64,000 nucleotides of DNA from Lama glama (taxonomy: Eukaryota). This document shows positions 39,345-52,570 of the stretch, one piece after another. Where the stretch lies: the NCBI GenBank assembly GCA_028534125.1, contig CM052817.1:26848001-26912000 (forward strand), given 5' to 3'. The position numbers were made by a program, and so were the translations under genes. The first letter of the stretch is position 1; each line of letters opens with the position of its first letter. The notes beneath the pieces were generated by a model that saw nothing but the letters and a program-made list of their open reading frames with translations, did no database searches and was not told the DNA's origin.

Positions 39345-39497
39345 TTTTAAGACAAAATTGGCTGCGGCATTGGCAAGATGTCGGATCAAACATGATGCCC
39401 TTTCAATTTACCACATTCTTCCAGAAACCATTAGGAACCAGGAACTAAGGGCCTCTACTTTGCCACTTTATGCTTGGATAAATACTTGTAAAATCAG
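39345..39497 (+). CDS. NSUN7: NSUN7 coding exon 4 (FKTKLAAALARCRIKHDALS...WINTCKI)
   Basis: ctctag| ... |gtaaga; 153 nt; in frame. Confidence 0.95.
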
Positions 39498-39826
39498 GTA
39501 AGAGTTTTAATCAGATTCTTTATTTATATTTTAAGTCACTTGTCTTTCAAAATAATGTGATAAGAAATACTACCTTTTTAATGGGTGGGGGAGTGATTGG
39601 AGAATCATAGTTTAGTTCAGGATCTTATCACCAGATTACCAGATTAATTACATAAATATATTTTTGTCTCTAATTATTTTTAACTTACTTTTGACTAAAA
39701 TTGTAAGTTCCATTAGATGCAATATATACAGTGATATTTTAATCTATTGTAGGAAAAAGATGCTAGTGTTAAATACATTTTAATGTATTATATTTGTAAT
39801 TACAACCTAATGTTGTATATTTACAG

Positions 39827-40010
39827 CCCTGAAGAAGTTTATCATAGTTTGAAGAAAAAAGGCTATAATAAAGTCGAATCTATATTGCATATTGATGACA
39901 AAGTCTTTGCTGTGGATCAACATTGCTATGATGTATTAATTTTTCCATCTCATCTTAAAAGTGATCTTCTAAATACAGATCTTTTCAAAGATTATAAACT
40001 TATATTTCAG
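39827..40010 (+). CDS. NSUN7: NSUN7 coding exon 5 (PEEVYHSLKKKG...DYKLIFQ)
   Basis: tttacag| ... |gtaaac; 184 nt; lies within ORF 39783-40019. Confidence 0.95.
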
Positions 40011-41125
40011 GTAAACTAACATTTACTTTCATTGTGATTCTTAGTAATCTTACTTACCCAAAGAATTCCTCCACTTAAAAATAAAACTTAACAAGTGAGT
40101 TATATTTTATATAAGTTATCAAGGAGGTTTATAAGGCCTAATTTTCACATGAAATAAAAATTAATGCCCCTACAATCAGTGTTCCTGTAATACTTTGGCA
40201 TCCTTTCCCCATGTGAAGTGGCCATATGGTAAAAAAACATATTCTCCTTCCTAGACTCCATAGATGGGGGAACTTTTATTGCCTGCAGCTGAAAGGCTAT
40301 ATTTTTGCCAAGGGAGAATTCAGGCAAAGGTACAATGATTCCTTTTCTTCCTTCCATTTCTGGGGAACATGCTAGTGCCATCCTACATTTGACAATGCGA
40401 TGTATAATACTTTCCCTTTATCTCTTTACTATTGTCCTAAAGCTTTGATTTGTAAGACGTGCGTAATGGCTATCAGTGCAGGAAGAGAATGGTGAGGTAG
40501 AATGTGGTTTCAGTAGAATGAAAAATAAAAAGTCCTAGAAATTAGGTTAAGTTAGTTTTTATGTGTTTAGATTCCAATTCTTGCCTCAGATTCACTTTAG
40601 TCTTCTAAGGCTCATCCCTTCACTGCACCCACATTCTTGGGCAGAGTCTCTTGACCTTATTTTGTAGTCACAGCCTGTTGAGCAGAGATCAATGTCTGTG
40701 TAGTCCCCTTTTATTAAGCTTATAAACCATCTTTTCATTTCTGTGAACTAGCAGCAATTTAGATGATAATGTAATGGGAAAGGAAAAATGGCATTAGCAG
40801 ATTGAGTGCATTTTCACAAAGGCTTAAGAATGGGAACTAAGGCAGGACATCAATAATCTATTAATCACACTTTGGGGATTTTTGCTTTATCACTGTATAA
40901 AAGATTAATAATAGTCATAATTTAGGCTTAACAAAGTTAGGGTGTTGTTTTAAATCAGTTTATATCATTTATCTTTGTTAACTTTATATTAAGATGTTTT
41001 AAACTCAGATGGTTTAGGTGTCTCTTAAAGATTTTTACTAATACTTTTTTTTAACTCAAGGTAAAAAGTCAGTACATGCTTCTCGTCAAACCCTTTGAAA
41101 TCCTAATCATACCATTATCTTGTAG

Positions 41126-41336
41126 GACAAATCTCGAAGTCTCGCTGTCCATTCTGTAAAGGCTTTATTAAACATGGATGATGATATCTTAATGGTCAAT
41201 ACAGGTTCGTGGTACACGGTTGCCCATATGTCAGTCTTAACAAATAATAATACCTCAAAAATATTTGTGTGTGGAGTACAATCACAAGCTAAGGATCCTG
41301 ACCTGAAGAACCTTTTCACAAAAATGGGATGTAAAA
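41126..41336 (+). CDS. NSUN7: NSUN7 coding exon 6 (DKSRSLAVHSVKALL...TKMGCK)
   Basis: ttgtag| ... |gtatgt; 211 nt; in frame. Confidence 0.95.
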
Positions 41337-41759
41337 GTATGTACAAATTTTTTTTCTTTGGTGTTTATGTTCTGTAAGATTTAGAATGTTAAAAAACACT
41401 TGCATATGTTATCTTTCTGTAATATAAAACTCTATACATGAACTATACTCCTAAAATCCTCACTAATCCATATTATATCAGGCTGTTCTTGTTTCTTAAT
41501 ATTAGTATACAACTGCAGTTTAAATTAATAAAAGTATTGGCACTTTGGTATATTGCTTGATATTTAGCTACTATATAATTCGATGTTCAGACAACAATTA
41601 AAGTAAGTAGCAGAAGTTATCATGTTTTAATAAATAATAACACAATCACAGGCATGCATAAGGGACAGAGATAATGTCTAGGACTAGATACTGAGTCCCT
41701 TAGGCTTCTTACTCAAAAAAAAATTTTTCCATTGGATCTTGCAGTGACAAAAAAATACC

Positions 41760-43935
41760 ATTTTATTATAGGTTCAGTGAGGCTAAAAAACTAAAACTTT
41801 CAATAGATTCACAGGGTCAGAGGGACAATAAGTAGAATTTAGGGCTTAACATGGAGAGGTAGACTGGTAAATACTCAGAATTTCAGTTGGAGCGCGGAAG
41901 AGTATATACTCTTGGTAGTGATCAGCCCTCTGATGAATCGAAACCCAGATTCCAATCATCTCAATTCCCAGGTGGCTTAAGGTATTCTGGGACTGTTAGT
42001 GCCCAGGCTTACCTGCCTAGCAGAGGCAAAAACAGATTCTCTCTGAAAGAAAGTAATAACATCCCAGATTTCACATTACCTCCTAAAGTTTTTTCAAATG
42101 CAGTGTGGCACTCAATAAAAAAATACTCACATAAAAAAGAAGAAAGATATGAGTGAAATAAAGAGAAAAGCACTGCAAGAGAAGCGAACTCACAGAAGAT
42201 CCATGTACTGGAGGTATCAGATGTGGATTTTAAAATAACTGATTAATGTGCTAAAGAGACTAAATGACAAGTAGAATTTTAGCAGAGAACTGGCAACTGT
42301 AATAAAATGTCAAAAGAAAATTCTAGAATGAAAACTACAATATATGAAATTAAAAAATAGATGTAACAGTAGATTAGAGCTAAAGAAGAATAAGTAAACT
42401 GACAAGTCATAAGAAGCTATCCATCGGGAGACAAAAGGATGAATAATATAGAAGAGATACTAAAGGACACGTGAGACTCAGTGATCTAGTGATCTCATGT
42501 TATGTTGTGGTTGGGAACCCAGAAAGAGAGGAGAAAAGGAATTGAGAAGACACAATATGTGAAACTCAGGCCGGGAATTTTTCAAAATGGATGAAGACCA
42601 CAGATTCAAGAAGCCCTATGAACTCTAGTAAGAGTAAATGCATAAAAAACATAGTAAGCACATCATAGCATAACTGCTGAAAACCAAAAACAAAGAGCAG
42701 CCAGGGAGATAATACATGTTACCTTCAATGAAATAGCAATAAAACTAAGAATTAACTTTTCAAAAGAAACAACTGAAGTCAGAGACTATTAAACAAATCT
42801 TCATATGAAAAAAGACAGCCCAACTGAAAAATATATAAGAGACAGGACTAAGCTTTTTACAAAAGAAAATATACAAAGGCCAAAAAACCTTATGTAAAAG
42901 TGCCTCACTCCATTACCAGTCAGGGAAATGCAATTAAAATCACAACTTACCACAACATACCACATATCCACAATGATTAAAATTGAAGAGATGGCAGTAC
43001 AACGTCCTGGCAAGGTAGGGAGCATTGAGAATGCTCAAACACTGCTGGTAGGACTGTACATTTTGTACAGTGACTTTGGAAAACCAGCATTAATCTCTAC
43101 AATTGAAAATATACATGCCCTATGATCTAGCATTTCACTTCAGGTTTATTACCCCTTTGAATTTTTACCTAGTTAAAGAGAGAGTAGGAACCACTGGGTA
43201 ACCAAGCAGTAGAGGAAGAGAAGTTTCTTCTTTTAGAAATATTCCCGCTGGCAAATAAAAAAGGGAAGACAGAATTAGAATATGACTAGTTACCATAAAG
43301 GCAATTTAATGGATGAATATGATGCCACTTGTGAAGTAGGTTTGTGACACACACACACACACACACAAACCCTGAATTATTTAAGCTCTAAAGATCCAAC
43401 TACTAATTTATAGGAAGCACAGAAGACAGGAACATGTTAAACTACACTCTGGGAAAGCAATTAGCAAAATCCAGACTCTGGAAAACTCTACTAGTACAAA
43501 TAAGCATACTTCATTAAGAAATAAATGATAAGAAAAAGTGGAAAAGGTACCTATCAATAAAAAGAAATTTAAAATAAGATGTCAGCCAATTGCAATGATA
43601 TACCTTATCTAAATCCTGATTCAAACAAACTGTAAAAAAATTTTGACATGTATGAAACTTGGAAAATTTGAGCCATGATTGGATGTCATTATTATTTGAT
43701 GATAATAAAAAATTACTTTTTTAAATGTATGTGGTTGTATTTTTTAAGTTCTTATCTTTCAGAGATATATGGTGAAATATTTTACAGATTCAAAATAATG
43801 TGGAGGAGTGGAAATGGGTGCAGTATATGGGCATGAATGGCTCTCTGTTGAAGCGCCATAATGGGTACTTGAGAATTTATTGCATATTATCTCTATTTTT
43901 GTGTATGTTTGAACTTTTCCAATAAAAAGTTAAAA
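41760..43935 (+). mobile_element. Highly degenerate old L1 fragments (L1M-type), with (CA)n at ~43348-43367
   Basis: A-rich ORF1-like region 42150-42790; cagggaaatgcaattaaaatcaca ORF2 3' motif; L1 3'-end-like sequence at 43600-43935. Confidence 0.65.
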
Positions 43936-44803
43936 ATAAGGGGGAAAGGAAGGGGCCCACTTGATTGAAAAAGATTTGTTTCACAAGAGACAGACTAGAA
44001 AGAGGGAAAAGTTGATCAGACAAGAGAAAAGGGTCGGGTGGGGCAGTTTCCAGAGTGACTCCTCAGCCGGTGAGGGGAATGGGATCCATTGCAGAAGTGG
44101 AGGGATGGCCTCAAAATAGGGTCACAGATTGTTATAACCCGAGGGAGGGCAGACTCTTAAACTAAATTATAAGGTCCCTAAGGGACTTTAGATTGTGCCT
44201 CATACATACTACTAAAAATACCTATTTTTTTCCTGGGGAAAAGAGAATGTAAACAGGGATAAAAAATGAGAAAGAGAAATAACCAATACTGAGCATTTAC
44301 TATATACTGGGCACCATGCTAAGCCTAACTACCTTATCTCAATCTTTACTACAATTAGAGGAAGTGTAGGCATTATTATCCCATTTTATAAATAAGGAAA
44401 TGGAGGCTTAGAGAAATTAAGCCACACAGATAGTAAATAGTGAAGTTGGGAGTCAGACTTGGGTATTTCTGCCTCCAAAACCTATTTCCCTCCACTACAT
44501 CATATTGCTTTAAATAGAATCTGAAGTTCAGAATGGGAACTTTAAATTATATTTTATGTAGAAGATATTTATTAAAATTCAAAATTGTTCTCTGAAGTGA
44601 AGGAGAAAGAACTGTTAAGAGAATTCATGTATTAACCTTGGGATATTATCAGAGAAGAATAGCCCTCTTTTCTGACTACACTAAAATGACTTTTTGTGCA
44701 GTTAAGGATTTAAACTGAATTAAGATAAATAGGTATAATTACATACTGCATTAAGATTTTTAATTAATATTTTTACATTAATTTTCTGTGTTTTTCCTCC
44801 CAG

Positions 44804-44947
44804 ATATTGAAATACTTCATGAAACATTTATTAACCTTGAATCAAAGGATCATAGATTACAGAAAGTTAAAGTTATTCTGCTGCTGCCTCGTTGTTCAGG
44901 ACTGGGTATTAGTAATCCAGTAGAATTCATTTTAAACGAGCATGAAG
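44804..44947 (+). CDS. NSUN7: NSUN7 coding exon 7, motif IV region (VILLLPRCSGLG)
   Basis: cctcccag| ... |gtactt; 144 nt; in frame. Confidence 0.95.
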
Positions 44948-47898
44948 GTACTTGTTTTAATTTTTAAGTTCGAAATTATTGAAATTTGTTAATGTTTTAA
45001 AAATGAAATTGTTTGAAATCATTAAAATGACATACCAGATCCATCTGATTAATGAATAGCTACCCTATATAAAACACTTACTCTGTTATAAAGTATTTTA
45101 CATCCATTACCTCATTTAATCTTTACACCAATTCTGTGAGGTATGGGCAGGGGAGATATTAAAAATGTTTAATAATTGCAATGATGTAGGCAATCTGAAC
45201 AGATGCTGGCTCGTATGCTATTCTGGTATAGACTAGAGCTCAAGATATGGGCATTAAAATTCATCAGCATTTTATAGATGAAAAAATTGAGACTCAGAAA
45301 GAGTCACTCATTTTTGTAAGATCATGTAACTAGTTAGTAACAGAGCTAGGATTCAGATTTAGACCTGCCTGTGCTCTAAGGTGATCCCAATTAGATCATA
45401 ATCAGACTATTTGAAATTCAAGACTTCTTTCACCCCTAGTATGTATGTTTAATCATGTGACTACCTCAGATTAAATATTAATTCTGGGAATATTTTATTT
45501 GCTTCTTGAATACCGTTTAACATTAACATTTTTGGAGCACTCACGTGTAAGGCACTGAACTGAGCACTCTGCTTGGATTATTTCATCTAATCCTCACAAT
45601 AACTGAATGAAGTGGCTGCTCTTATTATTTCTCTTTTACAGATACAGAATCTGAGGCTCAGAGAGGTTGAAGCCTCCCAGAGTCAAATTTTGACTAGTTA
45701 AGTTTCAGAGCCTGGATTCAAACAGAACTGCTCTGGCTCTGCCCCTTTGAATCATGTTCTTAATCACAGTATATTAACCAAAACTGATTCTTACTATGAT
45801 CCTTTGTTTATATTGAAAGGTATAGTTAAGGTTAACTAGACTATTAGATGAAAAAAGATATTCCACTAACATTCAGAATATGCTGAGTAGCTGTTTTCTA
45901 TTTCTAGCAAAGACAATTAAAAATGGAGAAAAAGAAATTGAGAGAAAGAAACTAGTATTTATTGAGTAAAACTATGTCCCAGTCCATACTCTAGGCAGCG
46001 TTCATGCACTGTAACTTAATATTCACAATAACTTTGTAAGTATAGTATTATTTTATTATCTATTTTATAAAGGGGGAAAAACCCCAAGGTTCAGAGAAAT
46101 TTAGCAAGTTGCCTGAGGTTATGTAGCTAGAAAATGGGGAAGCTGGGATTCAAATTCAGATTAGTTAGCACATTCCACCCTACACTATGCAAAGAATTCC
46201 ATATACCGCACAACTTTTAACTGAGCTTGCACACTGTACCATGTGGAATTCTGTCTTACTACAAAAAAATTTCTTTCTAAGAGAGTTAAACAGAAGAATA
46301 ACCAACTCAGATGGGAGAATGGTAGATGGAGAAAATTCCTACACTAACTTTGGGAAATGATCAGAGAAGAATGAGTAGACTTTTGAAAGAACAGGGGAAG
46401 AAATAGCTGCAGCTGCAGTAAGCATTGCAGTGACGAGATGCAGGAGACTCTGGCCTTTTTCTGGGCATCTTGCAGCAGAAATGCAGAATACAATAAACCA
46501 TGGGTAAAAATAACCGAGAGGCTGGGGGCAAGAGCCCAAAGGGAACTACAAATGACAGAAGGAGAGAGAGTAAAACGCCTCCTAGATAGTGGTAATATTT
46601 TGAAAACATTGGTGAAGGGGTGAGGATAAGCCTAGAGGTGGTCTTTGGCATGCCCAGAAAAAAAGGAGGATTTTGAAGGAAACTGCTCTGAGGAGGTAAT
46701 GCCAGAGCAAATAAGGAACTGTTGACCTAGTGGTTATAGAAATACTAGTCATAAATCTAGTGGGGATGAAACTAAAAGACTTAGATTCATGAAAAATCAT
46801 GAATTAGTTTGAAAACCATTTTAACATTGAAAAATATTGCAACCATTTTTAGAATGCTTATCATAAAAATCATGTTTGAGGAATATATGAAGTTGGTCTT
46901 TGCTAACAACTTGGACTTATTTTTAAATGGAATGAAAAACGCAAACTGATACAGTTTTAGAGTATAATAATGTATAAATAGTCCTTTAAAAAGTAGTGAA
47001 TAGATTTAGAAAAATGTGAAGTATAAAACTAAATTGGGAAGAAATGGAGTTTAATTAACCTTTAGTGATATAACTTGGATGCGGAACAGTCAAATATATG
47101 GTATAAATAATTGGCTCCCACATTCCAGGAAGTTACTGAGAGGAGAATAAAACAGAGGTTAGAAGTTTGGACTCTGGTCAGATTTCTGAGCTAGAACCTG
47201 GCTCTAAACTAGAAGCTATGTAACCTTAGACAAGCTGTTTAATGTGTGTATGCTTGAATAGTTCTCTCAATGTTAAAAGGGATGATAATGCTTCACAGGA
47301 TTGCTGAATAAAATAATCTACATAAAGTAGTTTTTGATATCTTAGTTAATATTATGAAGAAATATGTTAAAAATAGTTTTGGAAATTTAAAAAATTACTG
47401 TACAAATTTCTTGATCTATTGTTTCTTTATCTATTATGAGGATCCACGTTTACTTCCCTGAAGTTTTTTCTTCCAAAATTTCTTTTAGTAAGTTAATGTT
47501 TTTAACTGTATCCTTTTGTGTTCTTTCTTACTCAGATCTGACTATAGCCCATCAGTTTCTACCTTGGAAAATAAATCTTTTTTCCCTCTAGTAGTCTCCA
47601 GACGGACTGCATTCTACTTCTGTACCTAAATGACTTAATTTTGGCTAGTTGGACAACTATCTCATGAGAACCTGGAGAAAAAAGGAAAACTAATATTGAA
47701 ACTAAGCAAAATTACCTTTATCAATTCATTTTGAAAAAATTTAAGTCAGCATTTTTATAATACTATTTAGTTTTATAAATATTTTCCATGAAAACTCTCA
47801 TTAATAGGGAAAATGTTTGAAAATTAAATAATGTGACAATAGCAATATATGAAAGACATCTAATAGTGATATATTTAAAAGCATTTATTTGCTTTTAG

Positions 47899-48000
47899 AT
47901 ACAGGTTTACTTAAAGATTTCTCCCAAGGAGGCACATCAGAAGATAAACTTCATGTTCTTGCTCAACAGCAGTATGAACAGCTAACACATGCAATGAAAT
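47899..48000 (+). CDS. NSUN7: NSUN7 coding exon 8 (DTGLLKDFSQGG...QLTHAMK)
   Basis: cttttag| ... |gtaagt; 102 nt; in frame. Confidence 0.95.
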
Positions 48001-49549
48001 GTAAGTTTGTTATCAGTGCAACCTGAAAATATGTTGTAAATCTGAGAAACATTAATACTTAATTTATCTATTATAATTGGGCAATGATGTGTGAACCATG
48101 AGTGAATTTTCCAGAACACTCAGTCTTAGTGCCTTCAAATGTCAATTTGTTTTTACCAATTTAAGTCTTAAAACTATATGCTTTACTATCATTTTTAAGA
48201 GGTTAGCAAGAACAATGAACAGTTTCTTAATGCTGAAGTGAAATGATTATGTACATTTATTGTTGGACAGTTTCATTTTCTCTATTTCTTTTCTTTGTTT
48301 TCTTACTTGATATAATGTTTCAATTGTCATTGTACCTGCCCCTAACAACTCTTCTACAATCCAAATTTTAATCAAACTCTTATTTCTCTTAGTATTAAAA
48401 AGAAAATAGAGAGATCCAATTACAGATAAAGCCTATCTGTAGCCTACCATTTAGATTTTGGGTGTCACTGCTCTTCCACACATGGATATGGAAATCTAGA
48501 ATTCTCTGAGAAATTACATAAACATTTATCAGTTCAGTGCATGTTTATCAAATGCCTACTGTGAGTCAGGCATTAGGCTGGATGTTAGGGATATGAGTGC
48601 AGATAAATCCTGACCTTCAAAGTCTCGAGGGTAAGTATAGGATATAGATAATTTAATACCTAAAGGTATAGCATACATGAAATAGAAATAAGGCAAAACA
48701 GAAAACACAGAGGTGGTCTGCTCTTTTGATTGATGCTACTAATAAACATTAATTTCAATATTATAGTATGTATATGATCTATGAAATGAGTTGGTTGGAA
48801 GGTTAGGAAGTTGGCAGATAATACATTTTAAAAATTCTTTCTCTGATTAATCTGTTTAAAATTATAGTACCGCCTTTGGAAACTAACTGTCCTCCAGATC
48901 TGCTTTGTTCTTCTTCATAGCTTTTTTCACCTTCTAATACTATGTAATTTTCCTATTTATCGCTTATCATGTCAAATGAAACAGAAAATAGGCCCCTGGG
49001 ACTTTTTTTTTTTTTTTTGGTCTGTGTATCCCAAATGGCTAGAACAGTGCCTAGCACATAGTAGGTGTTTGGTAAATGTGAGTAAGTGGGTCAGTTGCAG
49101 GTAGCAATATTACTTCATTTTACAGTTGAAGAGTTGGAGAGTTTAATTAATTTTCCTAGGTTCATGTAGCAGTAACAGAATTGGGATTCTCATCTAAGTC
49201 TTGTGTGTTTCTAGAGTCCTTTTTAACTAGTTATGGCTTGTGGAAAAATGGCTGAAAATACCAAGTTTATGGTAATCTGTAGAATGTATTTGTTTGTGTT
49301 TGTAATTAGATTGGTCACATGGATTGGATTTTCAATTTCCATACAATCCAGTTAGATTTATTTTAATTATTCGCACAGGCTGCATTACTAAGCAACCCAT
49401 GCTTTAAAGGGGAGCCAAGGAAGCGTCTATAGAAATCATTCCTATCAAAACCATGTGGTATTAGCATAAACTGATGTTTGAAAGCATAGCAGATTTGTTT
49501 AGGATTGTTAATGGGGTTATTATATTAATTCCGTCTTCTTTAAATATAG

Positions 49550-49667
49550 TTACTAGAGCTCAAGCAATTGTTTACTGCACATGCTCAGTTTATCCAGAAG
49601 AAAATGAAGCTGTTGTTAAGAAAGCACTGGAATTTCAAGACCATGGGATTAAAGTACAACCTTATAG
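49550..49667 (+). CDS. NSUN7: NSUN7 coding exon 9, motif VI (VYCTCSVYPEENE)
   Basis: aaatatag| ... |gtaaga; 118 nt; TCS...EENE signature of NOL1/NOP2/Sun m5C methyltransferases. Confidence 0.95.
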
Positions 49668-50649
49668 GTAAGAAAGGAAAGATTCTTCTAAACAACTCAA
49701 CCAAATATTTTTGAAAGTTATGATTTCTAAGTTAGAAGTAGAAGACATTTCACTTCCTTTTTGTTAGACTTTAATATGACCAAATAGCTTAACTTCTTAA
49801 AACTTTAGATTCTTTAGTCTTTACAATGACTTGGCAGGAGCATTCTCTTGTACACTAAAAGATTCTTGTTATTGTTAAATAAGGCTAAACGCATTTGGGC
49901 TTTGACTTGATTGATTTCTGGATAAATTGAGTCTAAACTTTACACCCTGAGTTTTAGATACATCTATGCTTCAGTAGAAGAAAAATAAGAGTATAAAATA
50001 GCCTTAGAAAGTAGAGAGAAAATTGGATGCTTTTTATCTGAAAACATATGTTTCGTAGACCCTTTTAGCTTTTGGCACCCACAGGGACTGAGATAAAATA
50101 GCCCAAATAACTATAATAGCTTCTCGGTAAAATACTGTCATAAACTAAGGGCAGGAAGAAGGACAGTAATACTTCATCTGAACTGTGGACATCAAGATAA
50201 GGAGTAAGTCTAGGAACATGTGATGCCAGCAGACTGGCATCACATATTCTTAGATAAAAATGTCTCCTCCTATTTTTGACTTATTTCTTTTGAGCTGAAC
50301 TATTCCTGTAATTCTTATAGTAGGATCTTAATGTGTATATAGTTTGCTCCCTCTTTTTAATCTTACATTTTTTTTGTGGATTCACAAGTGGACATGTTAA
50401 TCACACTTATATTTCCCTTCTTTCTTCACTTCCTTATTTAGTTACTATTTTTGGTAGCTAACAGCCAACCTTATTTCTGCAAGCTTCTCAACACAGTTAG
50501 CTAAATCCCATCTAGTGGCAAAGAGAATTATTGCAGGTAATATAACCAAATTCATCAGTGTGGATGGCTTGATTTGTCCCCCAGGGATAAGGTGTCTAAA
50601 AATGTAATATGGCAGAAATAGAGGAACATCATAGTATTTTATTTCATTG

Positions 50650-52570
50650 GATTTTTTCTTTATTGCTAATTTATAATTGATTTATAATATCATATTAGTT
50701 TCAGATGTATAGCAAAGTGATTCAGTTATGTATGTATTTTTTTTTCAGATTTTTTTCCATTATAGGTTGTTACAAGGTATTGAATATAGTTCCCTGTGCT
50801 ATACAGTAAATCTTTGTTGCTTATCTATTTTAATTAATCCCATATTCCTGATTCATACCTCCCCACCCTCTTTCCCCTTTGGTAACCATGAGTTTGTTTT
50901 TCTATGTCTGTGAGTCTGTTTCTGTTTTGTATATAGATTCATTTGTATTATTTTTTAGATTCCACATATATCATATAGTATTTGTTTTTCTCTTACTTAC
51001 TTCACTAAGTATAGTATTTTCTAGGTCCATTCATGTTGCTGCAGATGGCAATATTTCATTCTTTTTTATGGCTGAATAATATTCCATTGTATATATACAC
51101 TACCTCATCTCAAGCAAGTCATCTTTCAGTGGGCACTTAGGTTGTTTCCATGTCTTGGCTGTTGTAAGTAGTGCTGCTATGAACATTAGGGTGCATGTAT
51201 CTTTTCGAATTAGAGCTTCCTCCAGCTATATTCCCAGGAGTGGGATTGTTGGATCATATGGTAAATCTATTTTTAGTTTTTAAGGAAATCTCCATACTGT
51301 TTTCCATACTGGCTGCACCAAACTACATTCCCACCAATACCGTAGGAGGGTTCCCTTTTCTCCTCACCCTCTCCAGCATTTATTGTTTGTGGACTTTTTA
51401 ATGATGGCCATTCTGACTGGTGTGAGGTGATATCTCATTGTAGTTTGACTTGAATTTCTCTGAAAATTAACTATATTGAGCATTTTTTCATGTGCCTTGA
51501 CCATGGTGTATGATCCTTTTAATGCATTGTTGGATTCAGTTTCCTAGTATTTTGTTGAGGATTTTGCATCTATGTTCATCAGTGGTATTGGCCTCTAATT
51601 TTCTTTTTTTGTGATATCTTTGTTTGGTTTTGGTATCAGGGTGATGGTGGCCTCATGGAATGAGTTCAGAAGTTTTTGTTCCTCTGCAATTTTTTTGGAA
51701 TAGTTTCAGAAGGATAGGAGTTAGCTCTTTTCTAAATATTTGGTGAAGCCATCTGGCCCTGAACTTTCGTTTTTTTTGAGATTTAAAATTACTGATTCAA
51801 TTTCAGTACTGGTCATTGGCCTGTTCATGCTTTCTATTTCTTCCTGGTTTTGTCTTGGGAGACTGTGGCTTTCTAAGAATTTGTCCATTTCTTCAGGTTG
51901 TCCATTTTATTAGCATATAGATGTTTGTAGTAATCTCTGATGATCCTTTGTATTTCTGTCATGTTGGTTGTGACTTCTCATTTTTCATTTCTTATTTTAT
52001 TGATTTGGGCTCTCTCTTTTTCTTGATGAGTCTGGCTTAAGGTTTATCAGATTTGCTTATCTTTCCAGACAGCCAGCTTTTTGTTTCATTGATCTTTTCT
52101 ATTTTTTTAATCTCTATTTCATTTATTTTTGCTCTAACCTTTATGATTTCTTTCCTTCTACTAACTTTGGGTTTTGTTTGTTCTTCTTTCTCTAGTTGCT
52201 TTAGGTGTAAGGTTAGGTTGTTTGAGATTTTTCTTGTTTCCTAAGGTAAGCTTGTATTGCTATAAACTTCCCTCTTAGAACTGCTTTTGCTGCTTCCCAT
52301 AGGTTTTGGATCACTGTGTTTTCACTCTCACTTGTCTTTAGGTATTCTTTTGATTTCCTTTTCGATTTCTTCAGTAACATCCTGGGTGTTTAGTAGCATA
52401 TTGTTTAATCTCCACACGTTTGTGTTCTTCACAGTTTTTTCTTAATAGTTGATTTCTAGTCTCAGCATTGTGGTCAGAAAAGATACTTGATATGATTTCA
52501 GTTTTCTTAAATTTACCCAGGCTTGTTTTGTGGCCTAGCATGTTAGATATCTTGGAGAACGTCCATGTGT
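50650..52570 (-). mobile_element. L1 with internal deletion
   Basis: 3' end closely similar to the 28.7-kb copy up to ~51497, then jumps to a more upstream part of ORF2. Confidence 0.9.

Noticed and set aside
51485..51510. L1 internal deletion as a spliced L1 RNA
   Set aside because: An AG precedes the downstream side, but use of the nearby GT would give TCAA-GCACATG. The observed TCAAG-GCACATG is one base off, so microhomology fits better.
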